This document shows, in pieces, positions 27,796 to 36,685 of a DNA stretch of 42,957 bases (position 1 is the stretch's first letter; every line of letters begins with the position of its first letter). Origin of the DNA: a virus (taxonomy: Duplodnaviria > Caudoviricetes); IMG/VR virus record IMGVR_UViG_3300028586_000339, positions 1 to 42,957 of that record; one strand, written 5' to 3'. The position numbers and the translations under genes were made by a program. The notes below the pieces were generated by a model. It did no database searches and was not told the DNA's origin. It worked only from the letters and a program-made list of their open reading frames with translations.

Positions 27796-28398
27796 ATGTC
27801 GATTCTGCTTCCCCAGCCGCGCCTGCCCAGCAAGGCCGTGCCGAAGTACCTCGACTTCGGCGCTGACCAGAAGAGTGGGATGGGCGGCGCCTATCAGCGC
27901 CTCAACCGGCTCGGCAACCGCTTCGCACTCGACATCACCTATGCGCGCCTGGTGCCGGATCCGGATGGGCGTATTCTCGGTGCCGCGCTCAGACGAGCGA
28001 AGACCGAAGGTGCGCTGTTCCCGTTCCCGCAGCCGGGCCTCGCGATCGGCGCGCCGGGCTCGCCCGTCGTCGATGGTCCCGGGATCCTCGGCGCATTGCT
28101 GCCGCTACGCGGGCTCAACCCGGGCTATGTTGTACGGGCTGGTCAGTTCTTCAGCATCATCAACGGCGGACGCCGCTACCTGCACTGTGTCAACGAAGAT
28201 GCGGACCATGTGGTGGACGTCAGCGGTCGCGTCACCCTGCCGATCCACCCAATGCTCCGGGTCGTGCCAGCAAGTGGCGCTGTTTGCGAGTTCGCGCAGC
28301 CCTACATCGAGGGCATCGTTTCCGGCGCCTCGATCGACATCGAGCTGACCATCGCCAAGTCGCAGATGCCGGTTATCACGATTATCGAACAGGCCTGA
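27796..28398 (+). CDS. Distal-tail-like protein
   Basis: First gene after the tape measure; GGAYQRLNRLGNRF. Confidence 0.6.
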   Translation: MSILLPQPRLPSKAVPKYLDFGADQKSGMGGAYQRLNRLGNRFALDITYARLVPDPDGRILGAALRRAKTEGALFPFPQPGLAIGAPGSPVVDGPGILGALLPLRGLNPGYVVRAGQFFSIINGGRRYLHCVNEDADHVVDVSGRVTLPIHPMLRVVPASGAVCEFAQPYIEGIVSGASIDIELTIAKSQMPVITIIEQA

Positions 28399-28401
28399 TC
28401 C

Positions 28402-29049
28402 ATGTCGCAGCTCACGCCCCAGCTGGATGCCGCACTGCGCAGCCCGGCACCGCTCGTGTTCGGCGCCGTGTCGATCGACCTGCCCGGCGTGTCGGTCAAC
28501 CTGCTCGACGGCGCCGGCATTCTGTCGTTCGGCGGCCGCACCTTCGTCGGCAAGGACGAGACCTTCGGCGCGATCTCCGACGTCGAGGACCTGACCGACG
28601 GCACCGGCGACAGCGCGCCGACCTTCAGCATGACGCTCATCCCGAGCGGCGATGCCGCAGCGGCAGTGCTATCCGGCCCGACGATGCAGGGTTCGCCCGT
28701 TTCGGTGTGGATGGGTGCGGTCGATAAGCAGACCGGCATCCCGATCCCGGATCCGCTGCTCGTGTTTGTCGGCGAGCTCGACGTGCCGACGCTGAAGTCG
28801 GACGAGCAAGGCCGGCTGCTCGACTACGAAGTCGTCAGCGTCTTCGAGCGCTTGTTCGAAGATGACGAAAGCGCGCGCCTTTCGGACGGCTTCCACCAGA
28901 GCATCTTCCCGGGCGAGCTCGGGATGAAGTTCGTCACCGGCGTCGCACAGACGATCTACTGGGGCGTTGCCGGCACCAATCAGGCGGTCACCAGTTACGC
29001 GGGCGGCAGCTACAGCACGCCCTACAAGGCGCAGAAGACCTCCTCATGA
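28402..29049 (+). CDS. Tail tip assembly protein
   Basis: Position; ...FHQSIFPGELGMKFVTG...IYWG. Confidence 0.6.
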   Translation: MSQLTPQLDAALRSPAPLVFGAVSIDLPGVSVNLLDGAGILSFGGRTFVGKDETFGAISDVEDLTDGTGDSAPTFSMTLIPSGDAAAAVLSGPTMQGSPVSVWMGAVDKQTGIPIPDPLLVFVGELDVPTLKSDEQGRLLDYEVVSVFERLFEDDESARLSDGFHQSIFPGELGMKFVTGVAQTIYWGVAGTNQAVTSYAGGSYSTPYKAQKTSS

Positions 29050-29483
29050 CCGCTGCACCAACGCCGCTCGAGCTGCGCGCGGCCGCAGCGCAGAAGACCC
29101 TCGATACCTGGAAGCAGCGCCCGCTGAAGCTCGGCACCTCGGATTGCGTGCGGATGTGTGCTTTCCACCTCCGCCTGCTGGGCGAAAAGGTGAAACTGCC
29201 GCCCTCGGGTTCATACCGGACGGTCAATAGCGCGCTGAGGGCGCTACGCGCGGCCGGACATCACACGCTCGGTGACGCGCTGGACGCAATGGGGCTGGAG
29301 CGGATCGCGCCGGCGGCGGCGATCGTCGGCGACATCATCGCCATGCCGGCCGAAGATCGCCTCGGAGCTCTCTCGATCTGCCTCGGGAATGGTCGGGTGC
29401 TCGGCTACCATGGCGATGTCGACGGCGCTGTGGTGCTGCAACCGCTTCAGTTCGAAGCCGCCTGGCGCGTCCGGACCCGCTGA
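29046..29483 (+). CDS. NlpC/P60-like (DUF6950-like) tail protein
   Basis: LGTSDCVRM...AIVGDII...ALSICLG...AAWRV. Confidence 0.6.
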   Translation: MTAAPTPLELRAAAAQKTLDTWKQRPLKLGTSDCVRMCAFHLRLLGEKVKLPPSGSYRTVNSALRALRAAGHHTLGDALDAMGLERIAPAAAIVGDIIAMPAEDRLGALSICLGNGRVLGYHGDVDGAVVLQPLQFEAAWRVRTR

Positions 29484-29526
29484 GCGGGCGGAACTAGATT
29501 CATTCCAATTTTCGGGAGGTCCTGCG

Positions 29527-32451
29527 ATGAGCAAGATCCTCAAAACCGCTGCGCTGGTTGTCGGCGCGGTCGCCCTGGTTGCGACCGGCATCGGCGCGGC
29601 AGCGGGTGCGGGCCTGATCGGCGCCGGCATCGGCAGTGCTGCGACCGTCGCCGGTGTTGCCGCGTCCACGCTGACGACGATCGGCGCGCTTGCCGGCGCG
29701 GCGGCCGGTCTCCTGTCGATTGGTGCATCGCTCACCGCCAAGAAACCAACCGCGCAGGCAACTGGGTCGCCGACCGACTTCAGCGCGGATCCCGATGCGG
29801 GTATCCCGCTCGCGATCGGCCGCACCGGCACCGCCGGCGACATCACCGCGCGCTTTGGCTATGACACCAAGGACAAGGGCGACAACGACCGCCAGTCGTT
29901 CGTCGCTACGCTGTCGCTCGGCCCGATCGACGCGGTCGAGGGCATGACGGTCGACAAGGTCGGCGTCAGCTACAGCTCGGTTGGCGCCGCGATCGGCACC
30001 TTCGCCGGCTTCATGTGGTCGATGACCCAGCTCGGCGCGATGCCCGAGGCAAACGCGCTGAGCTTCGGCGCCGGCGCGGGCTCGCCCCCGGGTTGGACCG
30101 CGCAGCACAAGATGTCGGGCAAGGCTGCGGCGACCTGGACGCTGCGCTTCGACCCGAATGGCAAGGTCTACACCAACGGCGTTCCGGCGCCGATGTGGAC
30201 CGTTCGCGGAGCCAAATGCTACGACCCGACCAAGGATAGCACCTATCCCGGCGGCTCCGGTCCGCATCGCATGGCCGACCCGGCCGACACCGCCGCATAT
30301 GATGCGGCGAGCGACACCTGGGAGTGGACCGAGAACCCGTACCTGCTCGGCCTGCGCTGGGCGCACGGCTTCTGGCAGCGCGACCGCTCGAACGCGAACG
30401 CCAAGTACCAGCGCGTGATGGGCATGGGCGCGACCTGGTCGGGCATCGATGTGGCCGCGTTCGTCGAGGGTCGCAACGTTGCCTTGGCGAACGGCTGGAA
30501 GGTCGGCGGGATGATCTATTCCGGTGACGACAAGTGGGACACGATGAAGAAGATCCTGCAGGCCGGGATGGGCGAACCGCTCGCCCTCGGCGCGCGGATC
30601 AGCTGCCTGGTCAACGCGCCCAAGGTCTCGCTTGCCTATGTCACCGTCGACGATGTGATCGGCACCGCCAGCGTCGCTGGAACCCAGCCGCGCCGCAACC
30701 GCATCAACACCATCACGCCGCGCTACCGGCTCGAGGCGAACAATTGGCAGCTGCTGCCCGGCGCGCCGATCGGCGTGGCCGATTATGTCACCGCCGATCG
30801 CGGCAAGCGCTCGAAGGTGCAGGATTATCCCTTCATCCAGCAGACGCCGCAGGTCGCCACGGCAGTTCGCTACGATATCGAGAACGCGCGCGAGTTCGGC
30901 CCGATCACGCTGCCACTGAAGCTGGTGTGGATGGGCTACAAGCCCGGCGACTGCGTCACGGTGACACTGCCGGAAGTCGGCCTCAACAGCCAGCCGGTGC
31001 TTCTGCTCAATCGCGAGCTGGATCCGGGCTCGGGCATCGTGACCATGACGGCGCGCAGCGAGACAGCGGGCAAGCACCCGTTCGCGCTCGGGCAGACGTC
31101 AGTACCACCGCCCACCCCGGGCCTGACCGGACCGCCGTTGATTCCCGTTCCAGGCCCGAATGCCTGGGCGATCACGGCAACCTCGATCCAGTCCGCGTCG
31201 GGCACGGTGCCCGCGATCGTCGTCGAAGGCGCGCGCGATGCCGCGACGATCGACGGCATCATCTTCGACTATCGCAAGTTCGAGACCGGTCTGGATGACG
31301 ATGCCGGCTGGCGCGGAGCCGGCATCGAGGCACCGACGACGGAGACCAAGGTCATCACCGGCGTCGAGGCCGAGGTCCCGTACCAGGTGAGCGTCCGCTA
31401 CAGCCGCGCCGGCACGCGCGGCGATCGGCTCATAATCGGCCCGGTCGGCACAGACAGCTTCGCTGTGCCATGGCCGGCTGTCACCGGACCGAACCGGCCG
31501 GAGGATAACGCTACCTATGGCGCGCCTGGTGACAGTCCGGTCGGCGATCGCACCGCGTTCGAGCTGCTGAAGGACATTCAGGACAACATCACATCGGTCT
31601 CGCAGTTGCTCGGCAAAAACGCCGATCTCACGCGCCTGATCAACGAAGTCGGCTTCGTAAAAGGTCAGTCGGCAGCGACCTATACCGAGCACCTCGAGAC
31701 CAACTTCAACGACAGCGTCAGTGCCATCAACGGATTCCTCGACATTCTCGCGTCGAAGAGCTCGGACGGCACATCGGCCATTCTCAACAGCAACGTCACT
31801 TTTTCCGGGCCTGACGGCACCGGCGCGAGGAGCCTCCAGGAACTATCGGCACAGTCCGACAAGTCCAAACTCGACGTCCAGTTTCTTCGCGAGACGGTCC
31901 TCGGGCCGGATGGCACCGACGAAGCTCGCGGCATGTTCCAGGTCAAAGATGGCGACACGATCGCCGGCATCAATTTGACCGCCGGCGGCACCTTGTCAGT
32001 GATCAAGTTCCTGGCGAGCATCTTCCAGTTCACTGACCCGAACGGCGGCGATCCGATCACGCCGTTCTACTACGCGGACAAGAAGCTCTACCTCGGCGAC
32101 GTCATCGCGCAGCACCTGACCGTCGATGGTGTGGCGAGCACGTTCGAATTGACCGTCACGGCAGACGGCTTCTCGATCACGATCCCGGGCGGCCTGATCT
32201 TCAAGGGCGGCAAGATCCGTGGCTCGATCAGCCAGGAAGCTCAGTTCAACATCGTATTTCCAGAGCCGTTCCCGACGGCTTGCGTGTTCGGCCTGCCGCT
32301 CGCCTGGATCGCTGCGGCCAACAATGCGCGTGACCTCTACATGCAGGCGCTCGGCGATCCGACGCAGCAGGGCTTCATGGCCTTCGCTCAGGCGTCGACC
32401 GGCAATGCGCAGAGCCTCGACGGCATCAATTGGTTCGCGATCGGCTTTTAA
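29527..32451 (+). CDS. Tail tip / host-specificity protein (gpJ-like) with C-terminal fibre domain
   Basis: Gly/Ala N-terminus, VRGAKCYDP, WTENP, KPGDCVTV; C-terminal IPGGLIFKGG...FPEPFPTAC...WFAIGF. Confidence 0.8.
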   Translation: MSKILKTAALVVGAVALVATGIGAAAGAGLIGAGIGSAATVAGVAASTLTTIGALAGAAAGLLSIGASLTAKKPTAQATGSPTDFSADPDAGIPLAIGRTGTAGDITARFGYDTKDKGDNDRQSFVATLSLGPIDAVEGMTVDKVGVSYSSVGAAIGTFAGFMWSMTQLGAMPEANALSFGAGAGSPPGWTAQHKMSGKAAATWTLRFDPNGKVYTNGVPAPMWTVRGAKCYDPTKDSTYPGGSGPHRMADPADTAAYDAASDTWEWTENPYLLGLRWAHGFWQRDRSNANAKYQRVMGMGATWSGIDVAAFVEGRNVALANGWKVGGMIYSGDDKWDTMKKILQAGMGEPLALGARISCLVNAPKVSLAYVTVDDVIGTASVAGTQPRRNRINTITPRYRLEANNWQLLPGAPIGVADYVTADRGKRSKVQDYPFIQQTPQVATAVRYDIENAREFGPITLPLKLVWMGYKPGDCVTVTLPEVGLNSQPVLLLNRELDPGSGIVTMTARSETAGKHPFALGQTSVPPPTPGLTGPPLIPVPGPNAWAITATSIQSASGTVPAIVVEGARDAATIDGIIFDYRKFETGLDDDAGWRGAGIEAPTTETKVITGVEAEVPYQVSVRYSRAGTRGDRLIIGPVGTDSFAVPWPAVTGPNRPEDNATYGAPGDSPVGDRTAFELLKDIQDNITSVSQLLGKNADLTRLINEVGFVKGQSAATYTEHLETNFNDSVSAINGFLDILASKSSDGTSAILNSNVTFSGPDGTGARSLQELSAQSDKSKLDVQFLRETVLGPDGTDEARGMFQVKDGDTIAGINLTAGGTLSVIKFLASIFQFTDPNGGDPITPFYYADKKLYLGDVIAQHLTVDGVASTFELTVTADGFSITIPGGLIFKGGKIRGSISQEAQFNIVFPEPFPTACVFGLPLAWIAAANNARDLYMQALGDPTQQGFMAFAQASTGNAQSLDGINWFAIGF

Positions 32452-32460
32452 GGAAACCAC

Positions 32461-32997
32461 ATGGCAGATCCGACGAACGCAGCGCTGGCGCTGCGGCAGG
32501 TAGCGCTCGAAGATCAGATGAGCGCCTGGCTCGATCAGGAATACGCCTTCGCCTTCGGCACCGTGAACGGTGGCCCGAACGGCGACGGCACCTTTCCCTT
32601 CACCAACCTCAAGACCGGCGAGACGGTGCTGCGCAAGTGCGCGGCGCAGGTGCAATATGAAGCATCGACGCCGAAGATGCTCAAGAAGACCGGCCTCGGC
32701 CCGTTCACGATGCTGGCATCGGAAATCAACATCGTCTGGCTGATCGGCAACGGCACCGCGCCGGCGAACATCAGCGTGCGCCTTCCAGATGCGCCGTTCG
32801 GGTCGCAGTACATGTTCATCCAGTACGGCAGCGGCCGGCTGATCTTCTCGGCCGTCGCCGGCACGATCGTCAACCGGCAGGGCTTTACGCGATCGGCCGG
32901 TAAGAGCGCGCTCACTCTCGCGATCTGCACGGCCGTCGATGCAAACGGCCACTCCGAATGGACGCTGGGGGGCGACATGTCGCTGACCAACACATGA
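32461..32997 (+). CDS. Tail fibre-associated protein
   Basis: AAGGA RBS; GTVNGGPNGDGTFPFT and C-terminal WTLGGD. Confidence 0.6.
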   Translation: MADPTNAALALRQVALEDQMSAWLDQEYAFAFGTVNGGPNGDGTFPFTNLKTGETVLRKCAAQVQYEASTPKMLKKTGLGPFTMLASEINIVWLIGNGTAPANISVRLPDAPFGSQYMFIQYGSGRLIFSAVAGTIVNRQGFTRSAGKSALTLAICTAVDANGHSEWTLGGDMSLTNT

Positions 32998-35318
32998 CCT
33001 TCGTTCCGGCAATCCTCGCCGCGCTCAAGCCGATCGACACCACCTATTCGATCTGGAACTTCACGGCGCCGCGCGGCACCTTCGACGAAGGTTCGACAAT
33101 GTCGTTCCAGATGACCTGCGGCAACGCGCTACCCGGCGTGTCGAAGATCGTCTGGAAGCTCGCGGGCGGCAAGGCCGGCGATGGTGCCTGGGCGTTCCCG
33201 TGGTCGTTCTTGTGGACGCAGGCGGTGCAGGGTCGCGGTATCACCATCACCAGCCTCAAAGGCAGCGACTACGGCGCTACGATCGCGCTGCTGTTCGAGA
33301 TCGGCGACGGCTATGATGGTCTGCCCGTCGTCATCACCAACACGGTGCTCAACAACAAGGTGACGGAAGTTCAGGGCGGCACGCCGGGGCAGTTGCAGAT
33401 CACGCAGCAGCTGGTGTTTCCCGCCGGCGCGTCTGGGCCTACGCCACTTGGCAACGGCTCGCCGTTCTTTATCCGCGACACCAGCAAGACGCCGCCCGGA
33501 ACGCCGACCTATCACCTGATGTCGGTCGCGGCCGATGGCGTGACAGCGGTTCTCTCCGTCAACGAAGGCGACACTTTCTACCTGAAGCCCGTCACCGAAA
33601 ACATGATCCCGGGCACGATCTTCGAGATCGCCGCGGTGAACGTCGGCCAGTACGCGATCGCCGGCGGGTTTCAGGCGGCGATCAAGGCCGCTGCCGAGGC
33701 GGCAGGATGCAAGTGTTCGACCGCCTATGCCGATCGCGGCAACTACAATGGCGGCGTCATCACCACCACGGCCGCCTATTCAGATGCGAAACCGATCCTC
33801 ATTCCGATCACCATTACCAAGGATCATGTGACGACCGGCGCGCGCCAGCTCGACTTCCTGACCTTCATGAAGGCGGACGGCGATCCCAACAACAAGACCG
33901 TCAACTACGGCGGCACCATTACTATCCAGATCGCCGACACGTCGGTCGAGCCGACGCCGAGCTACTGGCGGCTGACCGCGACGCTCGCCAACGGGCAAGC
34001 GACCTACGGCGTCAATAGCCCAACCGGAGCCTCGGTCGCGTCTGTCACGCTGGCATCCACCGGCACCGTGCCAGCAGGGTTCGAGGCTGCGCTGGCCGCT
34101 GCTGTCGCTGCTACGCCGGGTCTGACCTATTCGAACGGCGTCATCACCTCGGACGCGACCTGGAGCGGCGTGCTCAACTGGTCGGTCGCCGCGCCAGCGA
34201 CGGGCAAGCATAGCCTGCGGCTCATCAACCCGACCAACGACAGCTTTATTCTGGTCGGCGATGCGGCGATCTACTTCGCTGCGCCAGCGCTGCCGGCACG
34301 GCCGGCGTTTGTCACCGGCGTCAACATGTCGGGCGGTGACTTCGGCGGCACCGTTCGGCCTGGCGCGTATGGCACGAATTACCGCTACCCGGCCTATCCA
34401 GACAATCCCGACCCTGCGCTACAGCATCAGGAGATCGACTACTACGTGAGCAAGAAGGCCGGCATCATCCGGCTGCCGGTGCTGTGGGAGCGTATTCAGG
34501 ACGCATTGTTCGGCCCGCTCTCGTCACCCGGCACGCTTGCCACCTGGTACGGCCGGCTCGACATGGATCGCATCGACGACTTCATCAACTATGCGACTTC
34601 ACGCGGCCTGATCGTCCTGCTCGACGTCCACAACTACATCTACGGCTTCGGTTCGCGTGTCGGCTTCAACAGCAACACGCCGACCACCGCCCTTGTCGAT
34701 CTCTGGGAGAAGCTCGCCAACCGCTACGCCGGCAACCCGCGCGTGTGGTTCGGGATCATGAACGAGCCGAACGGGATCGCGGCGAACGAGATCCGCGACA
34801 TCATGGAGTGGGTGCTCAACTCCATTCGTGGCCGCACCAATGCGCTCAACCATGTGCTCGTCACCGGCGGTCTATATTCGCGCGCCAGTGCATGGGTGAC
34901 CAACGGTTTCGCGGCGGCTTTCGAAGGCTTTGCCGATCCGGCCAAGAACTTCGGCATTGAGCTGCACTCGTACCTCGACTCCGATCAAAAGGGTGAGGCT
35001 GGCACGTGCGACCTCAACTCCTACGCACGCGCTCAAGCTGCAATCACTTGGGCACGAGCGCGCGGCATTGAGCTCCACATCGGCGAGTTCAATGGCGGCG
35101 ACCCGAGCGTTGCTGGTCAGGGGCAATGCGGCATCGAAGTGCCGAAGATGTGCCAGTTCCTGTTCGACAACCGCGACGTGGTGAAAAGCTGGACCGCATG
35201 GGGTGGCGGCGCCGGCTGGAAGCAGGATTACATCTTCCGGCTCACCCCGCTCGATCTGAACCACCCGGTCGACACGCCGCAGCTGGCGGCCCTGCTGCCG
35301 TACTTCACGACGATCTGA
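32994..35318 (+). CDS. Putative tail spike with C-terminal GH5 endoglucanase domain
   Basis: From about 34311: GVNMSGGDFG, IRLPVLWERIQ, LLDVHNY, FGIMNEP (acid/base Glu), ELHSYLDSD, HIGEF (nucleophile Glu), WTAWGGG. Confidence 0.85.
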   Translation: MTFVPAILAALKPIDTTYSIWNFTAPRGTFDEGSTMSFQMTCGNALPGVSKIVWKLAGGKAGDGAWAFPWSFLWTQAVQGRGITITSLKGSDYGATIALLFEIGDGYDGLPVVITNTVLNNKVTEVQGGTPGQLQITQQLVFPAGASGPTPLGNGSPFFIRDTSKTPPGTPTYHLMSVAADGVTAVLSVNEGDTFYLKPVTENMIPGTIFEIAAVNVGQYAIAGGFQAAIKAAAEAAGCKCSTAYADRGNYNGGVITTTAAYSDAKPILIPITITKDHVTTGARQLDFLTFMKADGDPNNKTVNYGGTITIQIADTSVEPTPSYWRLTATLANGQATYGVNSPTGASVASVTLASTGTVPAGFEAALAAAVAATPGLTYSNGVITSDATWSGVLNWSVAAPATGKHSLRLINPTNDSFILVGDAAIYFAAPALPARPAFVTGVNMSGGDFGGTVRPGAYGTNYRYPAYPDNPDPALQHQEIDYYVSKKAGIIRLPVLWERIQDALFGPLSSPGTLATWYGRLDMDRIDDFINYATSRGLIVLLDVHNYIYGFGSRVGFNSNTPTTALVDLWEKLANRYAGNPRVWFGIMNEPNGIAANEIRDIMEWVLNSIRGRTNALNHVLVTGGLYSRASAWVTNGFAAAFEGFADPAKNFGIELHSYLDSDQKGEAGTCDLNSYARAQAAITWARARGIELHIGEFNGGDPSVAGQGQCGIEVPKMCQFLFDNRDVVKSWTAWGGGAGWKQDYIFRLTPLDLNHPVDTPQLAALLPYFTTI

Positions 35319-35350
35319 GCACCGCCGCGACAGCGGCCGGAGACCACCAC

Positions 35351-35632
35351 ATGCGCGATATTGATTACACCGGCTCGTCGGGCGGGTTGCTGGCGCTTGC
35401 CTTCGGCGCGGGCTGGGCAACCGCCACGACCATGTGGCTGGCTGTCGCTGGCATGGTGTGGCGGTTCTTCCTCGAGCCACGAATTTCGCAGCTCCAGTCG
35501 GAGGTGCAGGCTAATCGCGAGCAGATCATGCGCCTCGAGACCGCGCTGCTGATCCACGGCTCGGCCAAGGTCCAGGCATTCATCCGCGCGACGGAAACCG
35601 AGCGTCCCGTCGAAGAGGCGGTCACCTCCTAG
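35351..35632 (+). CDS. Putative holin
   Basis: Hydrophobic N-terminal half plus coiled coil; directly upstream of the lysozyme. Confidence 0.5.
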   Translation: MRDIDYTGSSGGLLALAFGAGWATATTMWLAVAGMVWRFFLEPRISQLQSEVQANREQIMRLETALLIHGSAKVQAFIRATETERPVEEAVTS

Positions 35633-35642
35633 GAGAAACACG

Positions 35643-36155
35643 ATGGCGTCGAACAACACGCCGGGGATCGCACGCGCGATCGCCGGCGCCCTTAGTGCTG
35701 TCTCGGTGGCGGCGCTTGCCCTGGCAACGCCGGCGCTCGAGCAGGACGAGGGCAAGCGCAACACCGGTTACCTCGATATCGCCCGCATCCCGACCGAATG
35801 CTTCGGCCACACCGGGCCCGAGGTCCGCGTCGGTGTCACCAGGTCGGATGCATATTGCCAGGCCAAGCTCGCCGGCGACGCCGAGACGCATCTGCGCGGC
35901 GTGCTCGCCTGTACCCCAACACTCACCGATCGCCGCTACCAGCTCGCGGCCGCGACCCGCACCGCCTTTAACATCGGCGTGTCTGCCTTCTGCGGCTCGA
36001 CGATCGCGAAGCGCTTCAACTCCCGCGACTGGCGCGGCGGCTGCGACGCGATGCTCGCCTGGAACAAGGCCCGCGTGAACGGCCGCCCGGTCGTCGTCAC
36101 CGGCCTCGCCAAACGGCGCGAGCGCGAGCGCGCGATGTGCCTCACCGACCTCTGA
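35643..36155 (+). CDS. Endolysin, GH24 lysozyme (SAR-like N-terminus)
   Basis: EG.....YLDIARIPTECFGHT (E-x8-D-x5-T), FNIGVSAFCGST, GLAKRRERE...C. Confidence 0.92.
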   Translation: MASNNTPGIARAIAGALSAVSVAALALATPALEQDEGKRNTGYLDIARIPTECFGHTGPEVRVGVTRSDAYCQAKLAGDAETHLRGVLACTPTLTDRRYQLAAATRTAFNIGVSAFCGSTIAKRFNSRDWRGGCDAMLAWNKARVNGRPVVVTGLAKRRERERAMCLTDL

Positions 36156-36167
36156 AGGAGAACACCT

Positions 36168-36629
36168 ATGAACGACCTCGCCAACATCGTCCCGATCGCC
36201 GCCTCGGCCCTCGGCATCGCGTCGCCCACGCTGGTGCTCGCGGTCGGCCTGCTCCACCTTGCGGCCAAGGCTGTTTCGCGCCTCATCCCGGACACCAAGA
36301 CCGGTGTGCTCGGCACGATCCGCAAAGCCGCCAAGGTCTTCGGCGTCGAGCCGACCAATCGCGTGTTCGACGACCGCTCGATCGTAGGCATCGCCTCAGC
36401 CGGCGCGCCGGCCATTACAGACCTGATCGATCTGGTCGGTGCAAAGGCCGCGACAGGTACGGTTGCTGTGTTGAATGCGGCCACGATCGCGCCCGCAACC
36501 TCGACCGCCGACGCGATCGTCGCTGATCTGGCCACGAACGCCCAGGCTGCCGCTTCCTCGATCAGCGCTGCCGAGAAGCTGAAAACGCTGATCAATCTCA
36601 AGTCGCTGCTCGGCAAGCTCAAGAGCTGA
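36168..36629 (+). CDS. Membrane protein in the lysis cassette
   Basis: AAGGAG RBS; hydrophobic N-terminus; RLIPD..TGVLG. Confidence 0.6.
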   Translation: MNDLANIVPIAASALGIASPTLVLAVGLLHLAAKAVSRLIPDTKTGVLGTIRKAAKVFGVEPTNRVFDDRSIVGIASAGAPAITDLIDLVGAKAATGTVAVLNAATIAPATSTADAIVADLATNAQAAASSISAAEKLKTLINLKSLLGKLKS

Positions 36630-36685
36630 TCGCCGTCGAGCGCTCGCGCCTGCTGCTGCCATGCTGAAAACCTCCGGAGAATACC

